IMG/VR virus record: IMGVR_UViG_3300030433_001509
Location: 1-29,874 of that record
Source of the DNA: a virus
Lineage: Duplodnaviria > Caudoviricetes
Strand: one strand, 5' to 3'
DNA length: 29,874 bases
The position numbers and the translations under genes were made by a program. The notes under the pieces are model-generated. The model saw only the letters and a program-made list of their open reading frames with translations. It was not told the DNA's origin and ran no database searches. Positions within the stretch are counted from its first letter, which is position 1; each line of letters starts with the position of its first letter. Below are positions 5,851 through 15,088 of the stretch, in pieces.

Positions 5851-6499
5851 TCTTGGAAATGTCATCACGACTGATGACGTAAGCCAAAAAGGAACAGGCA
5901 GCTACAAGGCTGATTATGTGAACTGGTGCCGGACTATGCACCTGCTCCACGAACATGCCCCTGGCTGGCAGTTTCATTTACATCTTGACGTGACACTCGG
6001 CGGTCACGTCTGGAAAGCACCTAACGGCACTGCGTACGTCGTTGGCTATTTCACCGGGCCTGACGGTCAACGCACGCCTGATTTCCCTCAGGCAATCATG
6101 GACAACCGCAACAACGCGATTGCCTATGACAAGGTGAGCGCACGCGATCTGACAGACAGTCACCGCCGCTGTCTCTGCACGGCTGCTGCTGCCCAATTCG
6201 GATTGGCTTGGCAGTTGTGGGCACGCGAGGAAGTCGAGAATCCTCACCGTGAAGCTGCACAGCCAGCAGCGCCTGCAGCCAAAATCAAAGGCGTTTCTGA
6301 TGCTGACCAACCACTCGGCAAAGAAGAACGTGAAACCTGCCTTGGTCTGATTAAGGAATTAAAGCAGGACAAGCTTGCCTCGTTTCTTGAAGACTTTCGA
6401 CGGAGTTTTGGTTTAGAAAAGGACGCTAAAGTTGCACCGGCCCTGACTAGCAAAAAGCATCAAGACTGGATGAATGCCAACATGGCTAAGTATGTCTGA
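5801..6499 (+). CDS. Sak/DUF1071-like single-strand annealing recombinase
   Basis: YVNW...AIMDNRNNAI...SHRRCLCTAAAAQFGLAWQLWARE pattern; lies between rusA and the SSB-like gene; ATG 5801. Confidence 0.7.
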   Translation: MTENNPAPSSPSQLFPNLGNVITTDDVSQKGTGSYKADYVNWCRTMHLLHEHAPGWQFHLHLDVTLGGHVWKAPNGTAYVVGYFTGPDGQRTPDFPQAIMDNRNNAIAYDKVSARDLTDSHRRCLCTAAAAQFGLAWQLWAREEVENPHREAAQPAAPAAKIKGVSDADQPLGKEERETCLGLIKELKQDKLASFLEDFRRSFGLEKDAKVAPALTSKKHQDWMNANMAKYV

Positions 6500-6698
6500 C
6501 GACAATCAATCGATTGACCTAACGCGCTTAGCAGAGATCAAGCGCGAGCAAGAGGCGAAACGTCGCCATCGTCATTTTCAAGTTCGGCTAGATGAATCTC
6601 TAGCCAGTCAACTTCGGCACTATGCTGACCAGCGCCATAACGGTGTTGTCAACATGGCGCTAATGACCATCATCTCTAAATTCTTCAACGGCAAATGA
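6492..6698 (+). CDS. RHH/Arc-like small DNA-binding protein
   Basis: HFQVRLDESLASQLRHYA...VNMALMTII pattern. Confidence 0.6.
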   Translation: MSDDNQSIDLTRLAEIKREQEAKRRHRHFQVRLDESLASQLRHYADQRHNGVVNMALMTIISKFFNGK

Positions 6699-6988
6699 CT
6701 GATCGCGCACCTGATGCCTTCACCGTGTGGGGGAACTTTAACAAGGATCAAAAGAAAGACGGTCATTACTGGGCCGCTATGGAAGTGCCTGTTGAAGAGC
6801 TGAAGAAGCTTTTTGAATGGGCCAAGACTGCTAATCGCGTTCAAAACCAAAAGGGTGATGACTGCGTTCAGCTACGTGCAAATCTGATGCCGCGTCAAAG
6901 CAAGGCTGGCAACGATTATCTGCTGATGGCACTAAGTGACGCTAAGCCACGTCCTGTTGAAACAGCAAACGAAGATGCGCCGTTTTAA
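6695..6988 (+). CDS. Probable single-stranded DNA-binding protein
   Basis: Beta-rich 97 aa ending in an SSB-type acidic tail (EDAPF), downstream of the annealase. Confidence 0.55.
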   Translation: MTDRAPDAFTVWGNFNKDQKKDGHYWAAMEVPVEELKKLFEWAKTANRVQNQKGDDCVQLRANLMPRQSKAGNDYLLMALSDAKPRPVETANEDAPF

Positions 6989-7011
6989 GCTGCGGAAAGA
7001 TCGGCTATCAG

Positions 7012-7037
7012 GAGGCGTACGCAACGCCTCTTTTTTT
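7012..7037 (+). terminator. Intrinsic terminator GAGGCGT-ACGCA-ACGCCTC-T7
   Basis: Stem-loop plus T tract after the SSB-like gene. Confidence 0.8.
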
Positions 7038-7193
7038 ATGGATCCACCAAAAATGCAAAAGGTCAAGCGTCATGGCATCGAAGAATGGCAGGTCGAATAT
7101 GCAGGCATGACCCGTTACTTCTTTCACGACTGGAAAGCAAAGTGGCACTACGAATCGTGCTTGCGACTCTATCGCTCAAAGGTCAGCCATTGA
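7038..7193 (+). CDS. Hypothetical protein, 51 aa (MDPPKMQKV...WQVEYAGMTRYFFHDWKAKW...)
   Basis: ATG 7038 within ORF 6936..7193. Confidence 0.55.
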   Translation: MDPPKMQKVKRHGIEEWQVEYAGMTRYFFHDWKAKWHYESCLRLYRSKVSH

Positions 7194-7379
7194 TTCGTCG
7201 ATAGACGCGATGTGATGCACGGCCTGTCTCAAAAGCTTGCCTTGATGCCAATTCTGCTTCATCAGGTTGATGCAGAGCTCTTTGAGTTTGTCGTAATCAC
7301 GGCAACCTTGAATTTCCCTTACACAAGTCTCTTGCTGAAGTTCTTCCTCAAGAGTCAGGCTGATCACCATCCAGTCCAT
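7176..7379 (-). CDS. Hypothetical helical protein, 67 aa
   Basis: ORF track; last gene of the leftward run. Confidence 0.7.
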   Translation of the reverse strand: MDWMVISLTLEEELQQETCVREIQGCRDYDKLKELCINLMKQNWHQGKLLRQAVHHIASIDESMADL

Positions 7380-7572
7380 TGGAATTCCTCAGTGACTGCA
7401 AAATGCGACGTTCAGAGACGTAAGGCTCTTTCGCTCGCTTGTAGTCACCGATAGCAGGAATCAACCAATCCTGCACTGGCAAACAATACTGCCAGTTGAC
7501 AGGCTGGAGACAGCCGATAACGACTGTCACCCAGAATGCGTGCAAGTAAGTCCAGACGGCGTAAAGGTTCAC
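7348..7572 (-). CDS. Hypothetical protein, 74 aa, hydrophobic N-terminus
   Basis: GTG start overlaps the dcd stop. Confidence 0.6.
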   Translation of the reverse strand: MNLYAVWTYLHAFWVTVVIGCLQPVNWQYCLPVQDWLIPAIGDYKRAKEPYVSERRILQSLRNSNGLDGDQPDS

Positions 7573-8087
7573 GCCACGTTTGGCATCACTCGCAGGTGGT
7601 TGTTGTAGTGCCCAGTCTCTGCGTAACTTTTCAATGGCACGTTGGACATGACGTGAAACACCATCTGTCCAATCTTCAGCCCAGGAAACAAAGGCAACGC
7701 GTGATGCACTCTTTCGTTCTTCAACTCAAGTGTCAGTCGGCTTCCGTGCCAACCTGGATCGCACCAGCCAGCAAGCAAGTGATTAAGACCAGATCGTGCG
7801 CGGCTTGATTTGAGTACAAATTGACAGCTGATGTCGTCGGGTAAGTTAAATAGCTCAAGTGTCTCAGCCAAGCAAAACTCGCCGGACTGAAGCAAGAACG
7901 GGTCATCCTCTGTCCTGTGCGAAATGTCAACACGCACAAGCTCGGGGCTATAGATGCTTTCGACCATCAGATGGTCACCAAGCAACACATCCAGGCTCGC
8001 AGGATTTAATAGCTCTGGATTGAAAGGAACCACCATCTCGCTTTTCTCGCAGCGAGCGCGGATCTCCCAATCGCACAGAACTGCCAT
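7569..8087 (-). CDS. dcd: dCTP deaminase
   Basis: LNPASLDV, KSSRARSG, AGWCDPGWHG..LTLEL and KIGQMVF motifs; ATG 8087. Confidence 0.92.
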   Translation of the reverse strand: MAVLCDWEIRARCEKSEMVVPFNPELLNPASLDVLLGDHLMVESIYSPELVRVDISHRTEDDPFLLQSGEFCLAETLELFNLPDDISCQFVLKSSRARSGLNHLLAGWCDPGWHGSRLTLELKNERVHHALPLFPGLKIGQMVFHVMSNVPLKSYAETGHYNNHLRVMPNVA

Positions 8088-8109
8088 ACCACCAAGCGAA
8101 AAACCTACC

Positions 8110-8838
8110 CTACTGCTCATCTACAAGAATCACCCATCCTTTCTGCGGTCCATCGACTGACCACCTAGGGCGAAACTGAGCTTGCCTCACACGAATATTG
8201 CGCCCCAAGTGCGGATTACCATGATCGCCTTTTTCAAAATCAGGTAAGCCGCGAGGGTCTTGCATGATCCATTCTGGATCAGCACTTCGCTTGCCTGCAT
8301 AACCACTGATCACACTCCAATGACCGCATCCATTCCCGTTACATGCAGGCGCGTTAATAGGCCCTTGATGCAGCCAACCAACTAAAACAGGGCGACCCAT
8401 TTCAATCTCAATTTCGACCATAGCGGCATCACCATCTTTCCTGAATTCAGCAGTAAGGCCCAAGCTTTCTAGCGCCTTGATCTGTGCGTCAACTGATGTT
8501 GTGTCACCGTATCTGGCTCTAATGCGATTGTATTCATCGTCTGTAGCGACCTTGCCCCAATAAGCCGCAACCATTGCAGCGGCTGAACTAAAGCACTCTC
8601 TATATCCCATCCCAGTGACGTTATCAAACTGAGCGAAGTACGGCATTCGCACTTCTTGGTCAATGCCGCTTTCTTTCCATGCTTCAAACCAAGCAGCATC
8701 CTCCTCTAGCAATTCACGCGGCAGCTTTTCCTCAAGCTCCTTTACTGCCGCAAGTTGATGCGGTGTGCCACGAAACCACTGAAAAAAAGGAAGCAGGCTC
8801 AAGCCCATCGCCAGTACGAGCAAAACCAAGTTGATCAT
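8110..8838 (-). CDS. C39-like cysteine peptidase, probable endolysin
   Basis: PYFAQFDN...RECFSSAAAM (Cys), GRPVLV, GHWSVISGY (His), QDP (Asp). Start may be 8808. Confidence 0.75.
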   Translation of the reverse strand: MINLVLLVLAMGLSLLPFFQWFRGTPHQLAAVKELEEKLPRELLEEDAAWFEAWKESGIDQEVRMPYFAQFDNVTGMGYRECFSSAAAMVAAYWGKVATDDEYNRIRARYGDTTSVDAQIKALESLGLTAEFRKDGDAAMVEIEIEMGRPVLVGWLHQGPINAPACNGNGCGHWSVISGYAGKRSADPEWIMQDPRGLPDFEKGDHGNPHLGRNIRVRQAQFRPRWSVDGPQKGWVILVDEQ

Positions 8839-8872
8839 GCCCGAAATCCAGCCCCTCAGCGATACTTCGTGT

Positions 8873-9046
8873 CTATTTCTCGACCCTTGTTGCAGGGAAC
8901 AAATTCGCCTTCACAAAGTCCACCACCTTGTCGTCAACGGTGTTGTCTGTGGTTTTGCAGTAAGCCTCCAAAAGCTCTACCACTAGACGCTTCACGCCAT
9001 CTGACTGCAAAAATCTGAGCAGGATCGGACGAATTAAAAACAGCAT
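8873..9046 (-). CDS. Small protein, 57 aa (MLFLIRPILLRFLQSDGVKRLVVELLEAYCKTTDNTVDDKVVDFVKANLFPATRVEK), possibly lysis-associated
   Basis: Translated by hand; amphipathic; directly upstream of the peptidase. Confidence 0.7.
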   Translation of the reverse strand: MLFLIRPILLRFLQSDGVKRLVVELLEAYCKTTDNTVDDKVVDFVKANLFPATRVEK

Positions 9047-9070
9047 TAGAGCAATGCAACTAGCAAAAGT

Positions 9071-9322
9071 CTAGTTCCGGTCGGTATGTCCTTCCAACCG
9101 CGCCACAGAACGCTCCAATTCATTCAATCTTGCAAACACTTCCATGTCTTTTGTTTTAATGTCGTTGTGCAGAATATCAAGCCTACTGCTTAAGTTATCA
9201 ACTGAAGCTGTTAGTCGTACCAATGACTCGCGACTGGTTTGAGTCTGACGATTCAAACCGGATACTCCAACGCCAGCGACAGTGATTGACGCACCAGCAA
9301 CAGCGGCCCAGACTTCAATCAT
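9071..9322 (-). CDS. N-terminal TM plus coiled-coil protein (holin/XhlA-like candidate)
   Basis: SD-like GGAGG upstream; hydrophobic N-terminus followed by heptad repeats. Confidence 0.7.
   Translation of the reverse strand: MIEVWAAVAGASITVAGVGVSGLNRQTQTSRESLVRLTASVDNLSSRLDILHNDIKTKDMEVFARLNELERSVARLEGHTDRN
9286..9314 (+). promoter_or_regulatory. Candidate promoter TTGACG-N17-CAGACT for the exported-protein operon
   Basis: Lies inside the opposite-strand gene, 34 nt before ATG 9348. Confidence 0.4.
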
Positions 9323-9347
9323 GACCGCCTCCTAACTCTCAACCATC

Positions 9348-9617
9348 ATGGCAGAGACTAAAGAAACGCCAAGCCAAGAGCAAGAGGATGCAAACTCACG
9401 CCTAGGCGATGTCGTCAAGATTGTGCTGCTCGGCTGGTCAATGGCAATTTTGACCGCTAATTACCTCGGAGTGTTTAAGCAGTCGCTTGATCCGACCTAT
9501 CCAGCATCAATCCTCTCTGGTACTGCGGCATCATTTGGGCTGGCAGTCGGAAGCAATAGAAAGAAAAAAGAGGAGACTACAATTAAAGAGCAGCAGTCCG
9601 TCACCAAGCCAAAATGA
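9348..9617 (+). CDS. Two-TM membrane protein
   Basis: Two hydrophobic segments separated by KQSLDPT; charged termini. Confidence 0.75.
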   Translation: MAETKETPSQEQEDANSRLGDVVKIVLLGWSMAILTANYLGVFKQSLDPTYPASILSGTAASFGLAVGSNRKKKEETTIKEQQSVTKPK

Positions 9618-10102
9618 AGCGCCTTGCATTTGTTTTCGGCATCACATTGTTAGCCGCTCCAGCACACGCTGACATCACGCATAAAATTCAATCAAGCGTT
9701 TCTCTTTCTGTAGATGGCGCAGGATCTGTCGCGGCGCGAATTCCGTCTACATATTCGCTATCTGGCAATAACATCTCTGTGGACTCTGGCGGTAGTCTTA
9801 GCGCCCTCACTGCCGGTTCTGCTGTTGGCTACACTCCTGCCTCTCTTAGTGTTGTCACTGCTGGCGACGCTTTTAGCTATACAGAGTCATTCATCGAGGG
9901 TGACGCAACTCCGTCAGCGACAACAGTTGCGTCGGGAGTAGTTGGCTCATTGCCAATGCTGGGTTCAACAACCACGACTTCTGGCGGTTATGCGGACAGT
10001 CTTGCTGGATCCATAAAAACGAGCGGCGCAATTACACTCACTGCTGGTGGCGCAGGCACGCACGCTGTGGGTCAGGTTATTCAAGAACTGACGATTAAAT
10101 GA
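9614..10102 (+). CDS. Exported Ser/Gly/Thr-rich protein
   Basis: Signal peptide MKRLAFVFGITLLAAPAHA|D; ATGA overlap with the upstream gene. Confidence 0.8.
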   Translation: MKRLAFVFGITLLAAPAHADITHKIQSSVSLSVDGAGSVAARIPSTYSLSGNNISVDSGGSLSALTAGSAVGYTPASLSVVTAGDAFSYTESFIEGDATPSATTVASGVVGSLPMLGSTTTTSGGYADSLAGSIKTSGAITLTAGGAGTHAVGQVIQELTIK

Positions 10103-10518
10103 TCCTTTTGCTGCTTTTGCTGATTGCAGCTCCAGCAGCTGCCGTGCCGGTTGTCCCTAACTTTCAACAAGGTGTGTTGTCATCGACGACAACCACCAAG
10201 ACGAAAGTGACGGAAGTTATTAACTCGTACGAATACCGTACGGGTTATGAATACTCTGTCAGCGGCACTAACATCCAACCGTCTGGGCCTATTGCGCCAA
10301 TGGGCTTGACGCATTCCACTAATACATTGGAAGGTGTCACCAGCAAATGGACCAGCGTTGATGCTGCTACAAAACCAACTTGGAGCATCGTCAACGCAGG
10401 CGAGGCGATGCAGTTTGTTGAAACCCTGCAAGGCCCAGGCTTGGTAAACCATACAATCATTGACCGCACGACTGACATTGAATCCATTACCGAAACGACC
10501 AGCACCTTTACCCAATGA
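10099..10518 (+). CDS. Exported Thr-rich protein (VPVVPNF...)
   Basis: Signal peptide ending PAAA|V; ATGA overlap. Confidence 0.8.
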   Translation: MILLLLLLIAAPAAAVPVVPNFQQGVLSSTTTTKTKVTEVINSYEYRTGYEYSVSGTNIQPSGPIAPMGLTHSTNTLEGVTSKWTSVDAATKPTWSIVNAGEAMQFVETLQGPGLVNHTIIDRTTDIESITETTSTFTQ

Positions 10519-11249
10519 AGCGAGTCGTTGCAGCACTTTTACTGCTTGCCACACCATCCCAAGCGCAAGTTTCAAGCACTGCTGCCCCAGTTGCTAACAG
10601 CTCTGGGTCGGTGACTAACCAGGCTGTACAGGTAGTGCCCGCAAGGCAATTTAGTAACACCTATGGCGGTGGCATCAGCTGTCAGGGTGCCACACTAAAT
10701 ATCAACCCTTTTATCAGCAGCACAACAAGCTGGGCACAACCGTACGAGTCCTATTACAACGAGCCTGTTTATGACACTCTCGATCTCGTTGGCGCGTTTG
10801 ATCCGGAAGGTAATCCCATCCCCGATGGCGTCCCGGATAATCCGGGCAATGTCCTCTTCTATAAACCTATTCGCACAGGTCAGAAGACAAATCTATCGAT
10901 CAATGGCGGTATCACTGCCACGGTTTCTATTCCGCTTGACCGTTCTCATGTCAAAGCCTGTAGGGCTGCAGCGGAAAAACAAGTCGCGCTCTTAGACGCT
11001 CAGCTGGCTGACAAACGCCTCAACTACGAGATCGCGAGGCTCAAAAACTGCGCGGAGCTGATGCAAAAAGGCATCATGTTTCACCCAGACTCGCCATACG
11101 CTGCAATTTGTGCTGACGTAGTTTTAACCAATCCGCCAGGCGTCATACCGTCACACAAGCACTCAATTCCTACTGCCTCAGCATCCGTTGATTCTGCCGA
11201 CGTTCAAACACAGACTCAATCTCACCAGCACGACCAAAACGCTTCTTGA
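10515..11249 (+). CDS. Exported protein with four Cys and a coiled coil
   Basis: Signal peptide ending SQA|Q; ATGA overlap. Confidence 0.8.
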   Translation: MKRVVAALLLLATPSQAQVSSTAAPVANSSGSVTNQAVQVVPARQFSNTYGGGISCQGATLNINPFISSTTSWAQPYESYYNEPVYDTLDLVGAFDPEGNPIPDGVPDNPGNVLFYKPIRTGQKTNLSINGGITATVSIPLDRSHVKACRAAAEKQVALLDAQLADKRLNYEIARLKNCAELMQKGIMFHPDSPYAAICADVVLTNPPGVIPSHKHSIPTASASVDSADVQTQTQSHQHDQNAS

Positions 11250-11931
11250 TTTTCTTGATTGTCTGTTTCACCGCAGGCTTGATGATCTTGAGCAAATAAT
11301 CGCCTAGCGGTTTGACCATGATTGCTGATGTCGTCGCCGCCGCTGCAATCGCCGTAGTCGTAACAACGACAGGCGCACCAGGAAGATAGTTGCTGACAAT
11401 GGCTGGTAAAGGCAACGGCTCGTATTCCGTCTCACACTTGCCATCGACCATCTTGTAACCAACGATAACGGCAGTTTGCGATTTGTTTTTCGCACCTAAA
11501 GGAATTGCGTCAGGTGGAGGACATGGCAAAATCGTGTCTAAGTTTGGAACGTTGGTTGCTTCACCAGGAACTAACGGGAGAGGGTTCGTCGGCTGATTCG
11601 CCACATCAGCCGATTTTTTTGTGTCACCATCAACAGCTGGTGGCTTTAACGTTCCATATGTCAGTGTCCCAGGCGTAAAATCCAACGGACGATATGAAGG
11701 CATCGTTCCATCACAGACCACCAAAGTACCTCGCGGATCATTTTCATAAATCTCGGGATTCCCTGGCTGCGTGTTGCGCGTCTCGACACAGCCTGGTATC
11801 TCCGCGATTGGAAACCCAAGCTGTAACGTGATTGGTGGTGCATTTGGAATGCTTTGCGGTGGGATACTCTGCCAAGCTGGAATCTCCGGCACTTCAATCG
11901 TCCTAATACCAATCTCTGGAATCTGAGGCAT
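11170..11931 (-). CDS. Pro-rich protein with two Cys pairs and a C-terminal hydrophobic/basic anchor
   Basis: 253-aa ORF; VVVTTTAIAAAATTSAIMV followed by a Lys-rich tail. Confidence 0.8.
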   Translation of the reverse strand: MPQIPEIGIRTIEVPEIPAWQSIPPQSIPNAPPITLQLGFPIAEIPGCVETRNTQPGNPEIYENDPRGTLVVCDGTMPSYRPLDFTPGTLTYGTLKPPAVDGDTKKSADVANQPTNPLPLVPGEATNVPNLDTILPCPPPDAIPLGAKNKSQTAVIVGYKMVDGKCETEYEPLPLPAIVSNYLPGAPVVVTTTAIAAAATTSAIMVKPLGDYLLKIIKPAVKQTIKKIKKRFGRAGEIESVFERRQNQRMLRQ

Positions 11932-12250
11932 GAAATCAGAACGTTTTACTGCCGGTGAGCTTTGGATTGAACGTAATCGAATGCGTGAAGGCCCTCCTGT
12001 TGTTTATACAGTCATGAGTGGTCACATATCCAGACTATTCACTGACCACAAGCAAATCCTCAAATTTATACGCTGGCCAAAAGGCACACCAACTGGTGAC
12101 GCCTTACGCGAATGGCTCGCATCTTTTGATCAAAAACAAAAGCCTGCCACGCCAAAGCTAGACATGGCAAAAGTTAAAGCTGAAGGGTTCGGACCAGAAG
12201 CACACAGCGATGACGATGATCCAACAGCTAACACCAAAATGATCACCTAG
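11930..12250 (+). CDS. Hypothetical protein, 106 aa
   Basis: Fills the gap between two minus-strand genes; globular N-terminal part. Confidence 0.65.
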   Translation: MKSERFTAGELWIERNRMREGPPVVYTVMSGHISRLFTDHKQILKFIRWPKGTPTGDALREWLASFDQKQKPATPKLDMAKVKAEGFGPEAHSDDDDPTANTKMIT

Positions 12251-12471
12251 TGAGTCATCCTGATGATGGCGCGATCTAAGTACCAAGATGCCTTCTGTAG
12301 GTCTTGGCGCGGGTTTTCCTTATACCAAGCACGCAGCAAGTATTTCAGCGTCTGACCGACCAGATAGCCAACAACTGGTTCGGGTGCTCCAGCAACAACA
12401 TCCTCAATCACTTCAATCGCTTCAATGCGACCTTGGGTGTAATGGGACGGTGAGTGAACCGAATGATCCAT
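12247..12471 (-). CDS. DUF3310 family protein
   Basis: VHSPSHYTQGRIEAIEVI...KYLLR...QDLQKASWYL motif. Confidence 0.85.
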   Translation of the reverse strand: MDHSVHSPSHYTQGRIEAIEVIEDVVAGAPEPVVGYLVGQTLKYLLRAWYKENPRQDLQKASWYLDRAIIRMTH

Positions 12472-12475
12472 CTAG

Positions 12476-12694
12476 CTAAAACGGCAAGCCTGTTTCAGTC
12501 GGAAGTTTAGGCATTGCCTCGTCAATTTTTTCTGGCATAAGTTCGGTAACTTTGCTGGTCACCTCCTTTGTCAGCTGATTTATGTATCTGTCCGTAATGG
12601 TTGGAATGCGTGTGTAAAAAAACAGCGTGCCGCCAAACATCACTGAGGACATTGCAAACGATGCCAGTGACAGGACGTTGAAAAAGGTTTGCAT
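12476..12694 (-). CDS. Single-TM membrane protein, 72 aa
   Basis: N-terminal hydrophobic helix followed by a helical tail. Confidence 0.7.
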   Translation of the reverse strand: MQTFFNVLSLASFAMSSVMFGGTLFFYTRIPTITDRYINQLTKEVTSKVTELMPEKIDEAMPKLPTETGLPF

Positions 12695-12697
12695 AAT

Positions 12698-12733
12698 AAA
12701 AAACCCCCCTTGCTGTGTGAGACCAAGGGAGGT
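12698..12733 (-). terminator. Intrinsic terminator CCTCCCTTG-N11-CAAGGGGGG followed by a T run
   Basis: Follows the beta-barrel gene. Confidence 0.65.
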
Positions 12734-12756
12734 GCGCTCTGCAGTTTTAAATTAGC

Positions 12757-13116
12757 TCAGAAGCTGTACTTCGCGCCAATCTTGGTGCCAAAGCTCGGAT
12801 CATCGTCAGTGGTGACGAAGCTCAGCTCACCGTAAATGCCGAAGTTTTCAGTGGTCTGAATGTTGCCACCAACTTTGCCAGACAGCTCAAACTCAGAATC
12901 TTCACCTTGAGGTGAAATCAGAGCAGGACCACCCTGTGCATAGAAGCTGTAGACACCATCGCCACCTTCGTAGCCAACGTGGAAATCAGTGGCAGAGCCA
13001 ACGTAATCACCACCGGAATAACCACCGTTATTCTCGACGTTGACGTACGGTCCGGCGAGTGCAGGAGATGCCAGCACAGCTGCCATACCGATGACACCAA
13101 AAACACGCTTGATCAT
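12757..13116 (-). CDS. Small outer-membrane beta-barrel (porin-like) protein
   Basis: Signal peptide ending PALA|G, alternating amphipathic strands, C-terminal GAKYSF beta-signal; ATG 13116. Confidence 0.8.
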   Translation of the reverse strand: MIKRVFGVIGMAAVLASPALAGPYVNVENNGGYSGGDYVGSATDFHVGYEGGDGVYSFYAQGGPALISPQGEDSEFELSGKVGGNIQTTENFGIYGELSFVTTDDDPSFGTKIGAKYSF

Positions 13117-13189
13117 TGGAAGAGTTAAAAGCGTTTTCAACAACCACGCTACCTTCGCGGGACGTGGGACGGTTCGGAATAGTGTCCAT

Positions 13190-13220
13190 AAGAAAACCTG
13201 CTGATCAATGACCAGCAGGC
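13190..13220 (-). terminator. Intrinsic terminator CCTGCTGGTC-ATT-GATCAGCAGG-TTTTCTT
   Basis: Just downstream of the 604-aa fibre stop. Confidence 0.7.
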
Positions 13221-13234
13221 TTATGTTGACTAAA

Positions 13235-15049
13235 TCAGAACGTACCGCAATCGATGGTTACGCCAGACAGCGTGCCACCAGTGATGCTGACGTTGTTAGC
13301 AGCTTGAGTGGCGATTGTGCCAAGACCAAGGCTAGTGCGAGCAGTCGAACCAGACTCAACGGTGAAGCTGCTGCCGTTGCCAACGATGAAGTTGCCATCG
13401 CTGGTAGACAGTGAACCAATGGTTGCAAGGCTTGCGTTGTAAGCCTGAACATCAGAACCGATTGCAACACCAAGGGTTGTCCGTGCATCAGATGCGCTGG
13501 AGTCATCCAGCAGCGTGCGAGCGTAGGAACTCAGATCGGTGAGATCAGCAGTGCCAGAACCGGTGAAGTAAGCAAGCTTGTTTGCAGCACTGGTCAGGCC
13601 AGCAAGTGCAGCAAGCTCAGCATCGTATGCCTGAACATCAGTGCCGATGGCAAGACCAAGAGTGGTGCGCTGTGCAGAAGCATCAGCATCATCCAACAGT
13701 GCTCGACCTGCTGAAGTCAGGTCAAAAGTTGCAGCAGAGTTGGCGGTATCGAAGTAGATACCTTTGTTGGCAGCCTGAGTCAGACCAGACAGATCGTCGA
13801 GCACATCACCATGTGCCTGGACATCACTGCCGATTGCAACACCCAGATTGGTGCGTGCAGCAGAAGCAGAAGTTCCGCCAGTACCACCATCGCTGATTGC
13901 AAGGGTGCCGGTGATGCTTGATGCACCAAGGTCAACAGCAAGTTCGCTGGACTCGATAACAAGACCACCGTTTGCCTTGGCATCGATGCTCAGTTCAGAG
14001 CCTGACTTCTGAATACCATCACCACCAGTGATGTTGCCTGCACCAGAAAACTGACTGAAGCTCAGAGCAGTGGTGCCAACAGTGATGCTGCCGTTGGTGG
14101 TCAGGCTGAAACCTGCATCGCCATTGACAGTGCCTTCTTCAACGAAGGTGAACAGGCCAGCGGTAACTTCGCTGTCAGCATCAGCATCAGCGGCACGACT
14201 CCAGCCGCTAGAGGCAACAACGTAGATGCCGTTTTCGCTGCCGGTAGTCTGGTTTTTAACCAGGACACGATCACCAACGCTCAGCGCAACACCATCAACG
14301 GTCTGTGTTCCAGACAGTGTGATGTTTGCAGTCGTTGCAGCCTTGACTGAATCTTTGACGTCAAGACCTTGCTGAGCAGCGTCTACATATCCTTTGGTAG
14401 CAGCATCAGATGCAGCAGTTGGAGTAGCCAGATTGGTAATCTTCTGACTGTTGAGATCCACCGAAGCGGTGGGGTTTGCCATCTCATCCAGACGATTTGC
14501 CTGAACGGTGCTATCAAAATCGCTGACCTTAGATGCAGTCAGTGAAGGGATGTCAGATGCAACCAGTGCGGTGATTGCGGTGACACGACCCTTCGCGTCA
14601 ACAGTGACACCAGAAGTCGTACCGGCAGTAACACCACTATTGGCAAGCGTCAGGCTGATAGAAGTGGTGCCTGAGCCAGAAGCATCACCAGAAATGGTGA
14701 TTGACTCGTTGCCGGTGATGAAGCCTTCACCCTGCACATAGGCAGTGGTTGCAACGCTTGTGCTGTCATCGCCACCGCTAGGGGTCGATGCAGTTGCAGA
14801 ACTACCAAGTGCAACAGTACCACTGAAGGTCTTGTTGCCAGTAACAGTTTGCGTGCCACTTAGGCCAACAAATGCACCGGAACCACCGATAGCTTCAATG
14901 GTGGTTGCGCTACCACCAGCGCCACCAGTGCCAACACCAATGAACAGCTCTTTTGATACTTCATTAAACGCGAGTTCCGCGTTTTCCAGTGAAGATGGTG
15001 CGCCAGCAGCGCCTGTAGAGCGGCGCTTAATCCGAATTGTGTTTGACAT
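13235..15049 (-). CDS. Tail fibre-like structural protein, 604 aa
   Basis: Gly/Ser/Thr/Ala-rich; DAATKGYVD and [18 protein letters not shown] fibre motifs; three RTxLGxAIGxDVQA repeats. Confidence 0.8.
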   Translation of the reverse strand: MSNTIRIKRRSTGAAGAPSSLENAELAFNEVSKELFIGVGTGGAGGSATTIEAIGGSGAFVGLSGTQTVTGNKTFSGTVALGSSATASTPSGGDDSTSVATTAYVQGEGFITGNESITISGDASGSGTTSISLTLANSGVTAGTTSGVTVDAKGRVTAITALVASDIPSLTASKVSDFDSTVQANRLDEMANPTASVDLNSQKITNLATPTAASDAATKGYVDAAQQGLDVKDSVKAATTANITLSGTQTVDGVALSVGDRVLVKNQTTGSENGIYVVASSGWSRAADADADSEVTAGLFTFVEEGTVNGDAGFSLTTNGSITVGTTALSFSQFSGAGNITGGDGIQKSGSELSIDAKANGGLVIESSELAVDLGASSITGTLAISDGGTGGTSASAARTNLGVAIGSDVQAHGDVLDDLSGLTQAANKGIYFDTANSAATFDLTSAGRALLDDADASAQRTTLGLAIGTDVQAYDAELAALAGLTSAANKLAYFTGSGTADLTDLSSYARTLLDDSSASDARTTLGVAIGSDVQAYNASLATIGSLSTSDGNFIVGNGSSFTVESGSTARTSLGLGTIATQAANNVSITGGTLSGVTIDCGTF

Positions 15050-15088
15050 GACTCAGGATGATGGTCTTTGTGGGCAAAAAGATGGTGA

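Noticed and set aside
13117-13190. Known riboswitch, NtcA box or Pho box upstream of the beta-barrel gene
   Set aside because: No recognisable consensus found by eye; a covariance or PWM search would be needed.
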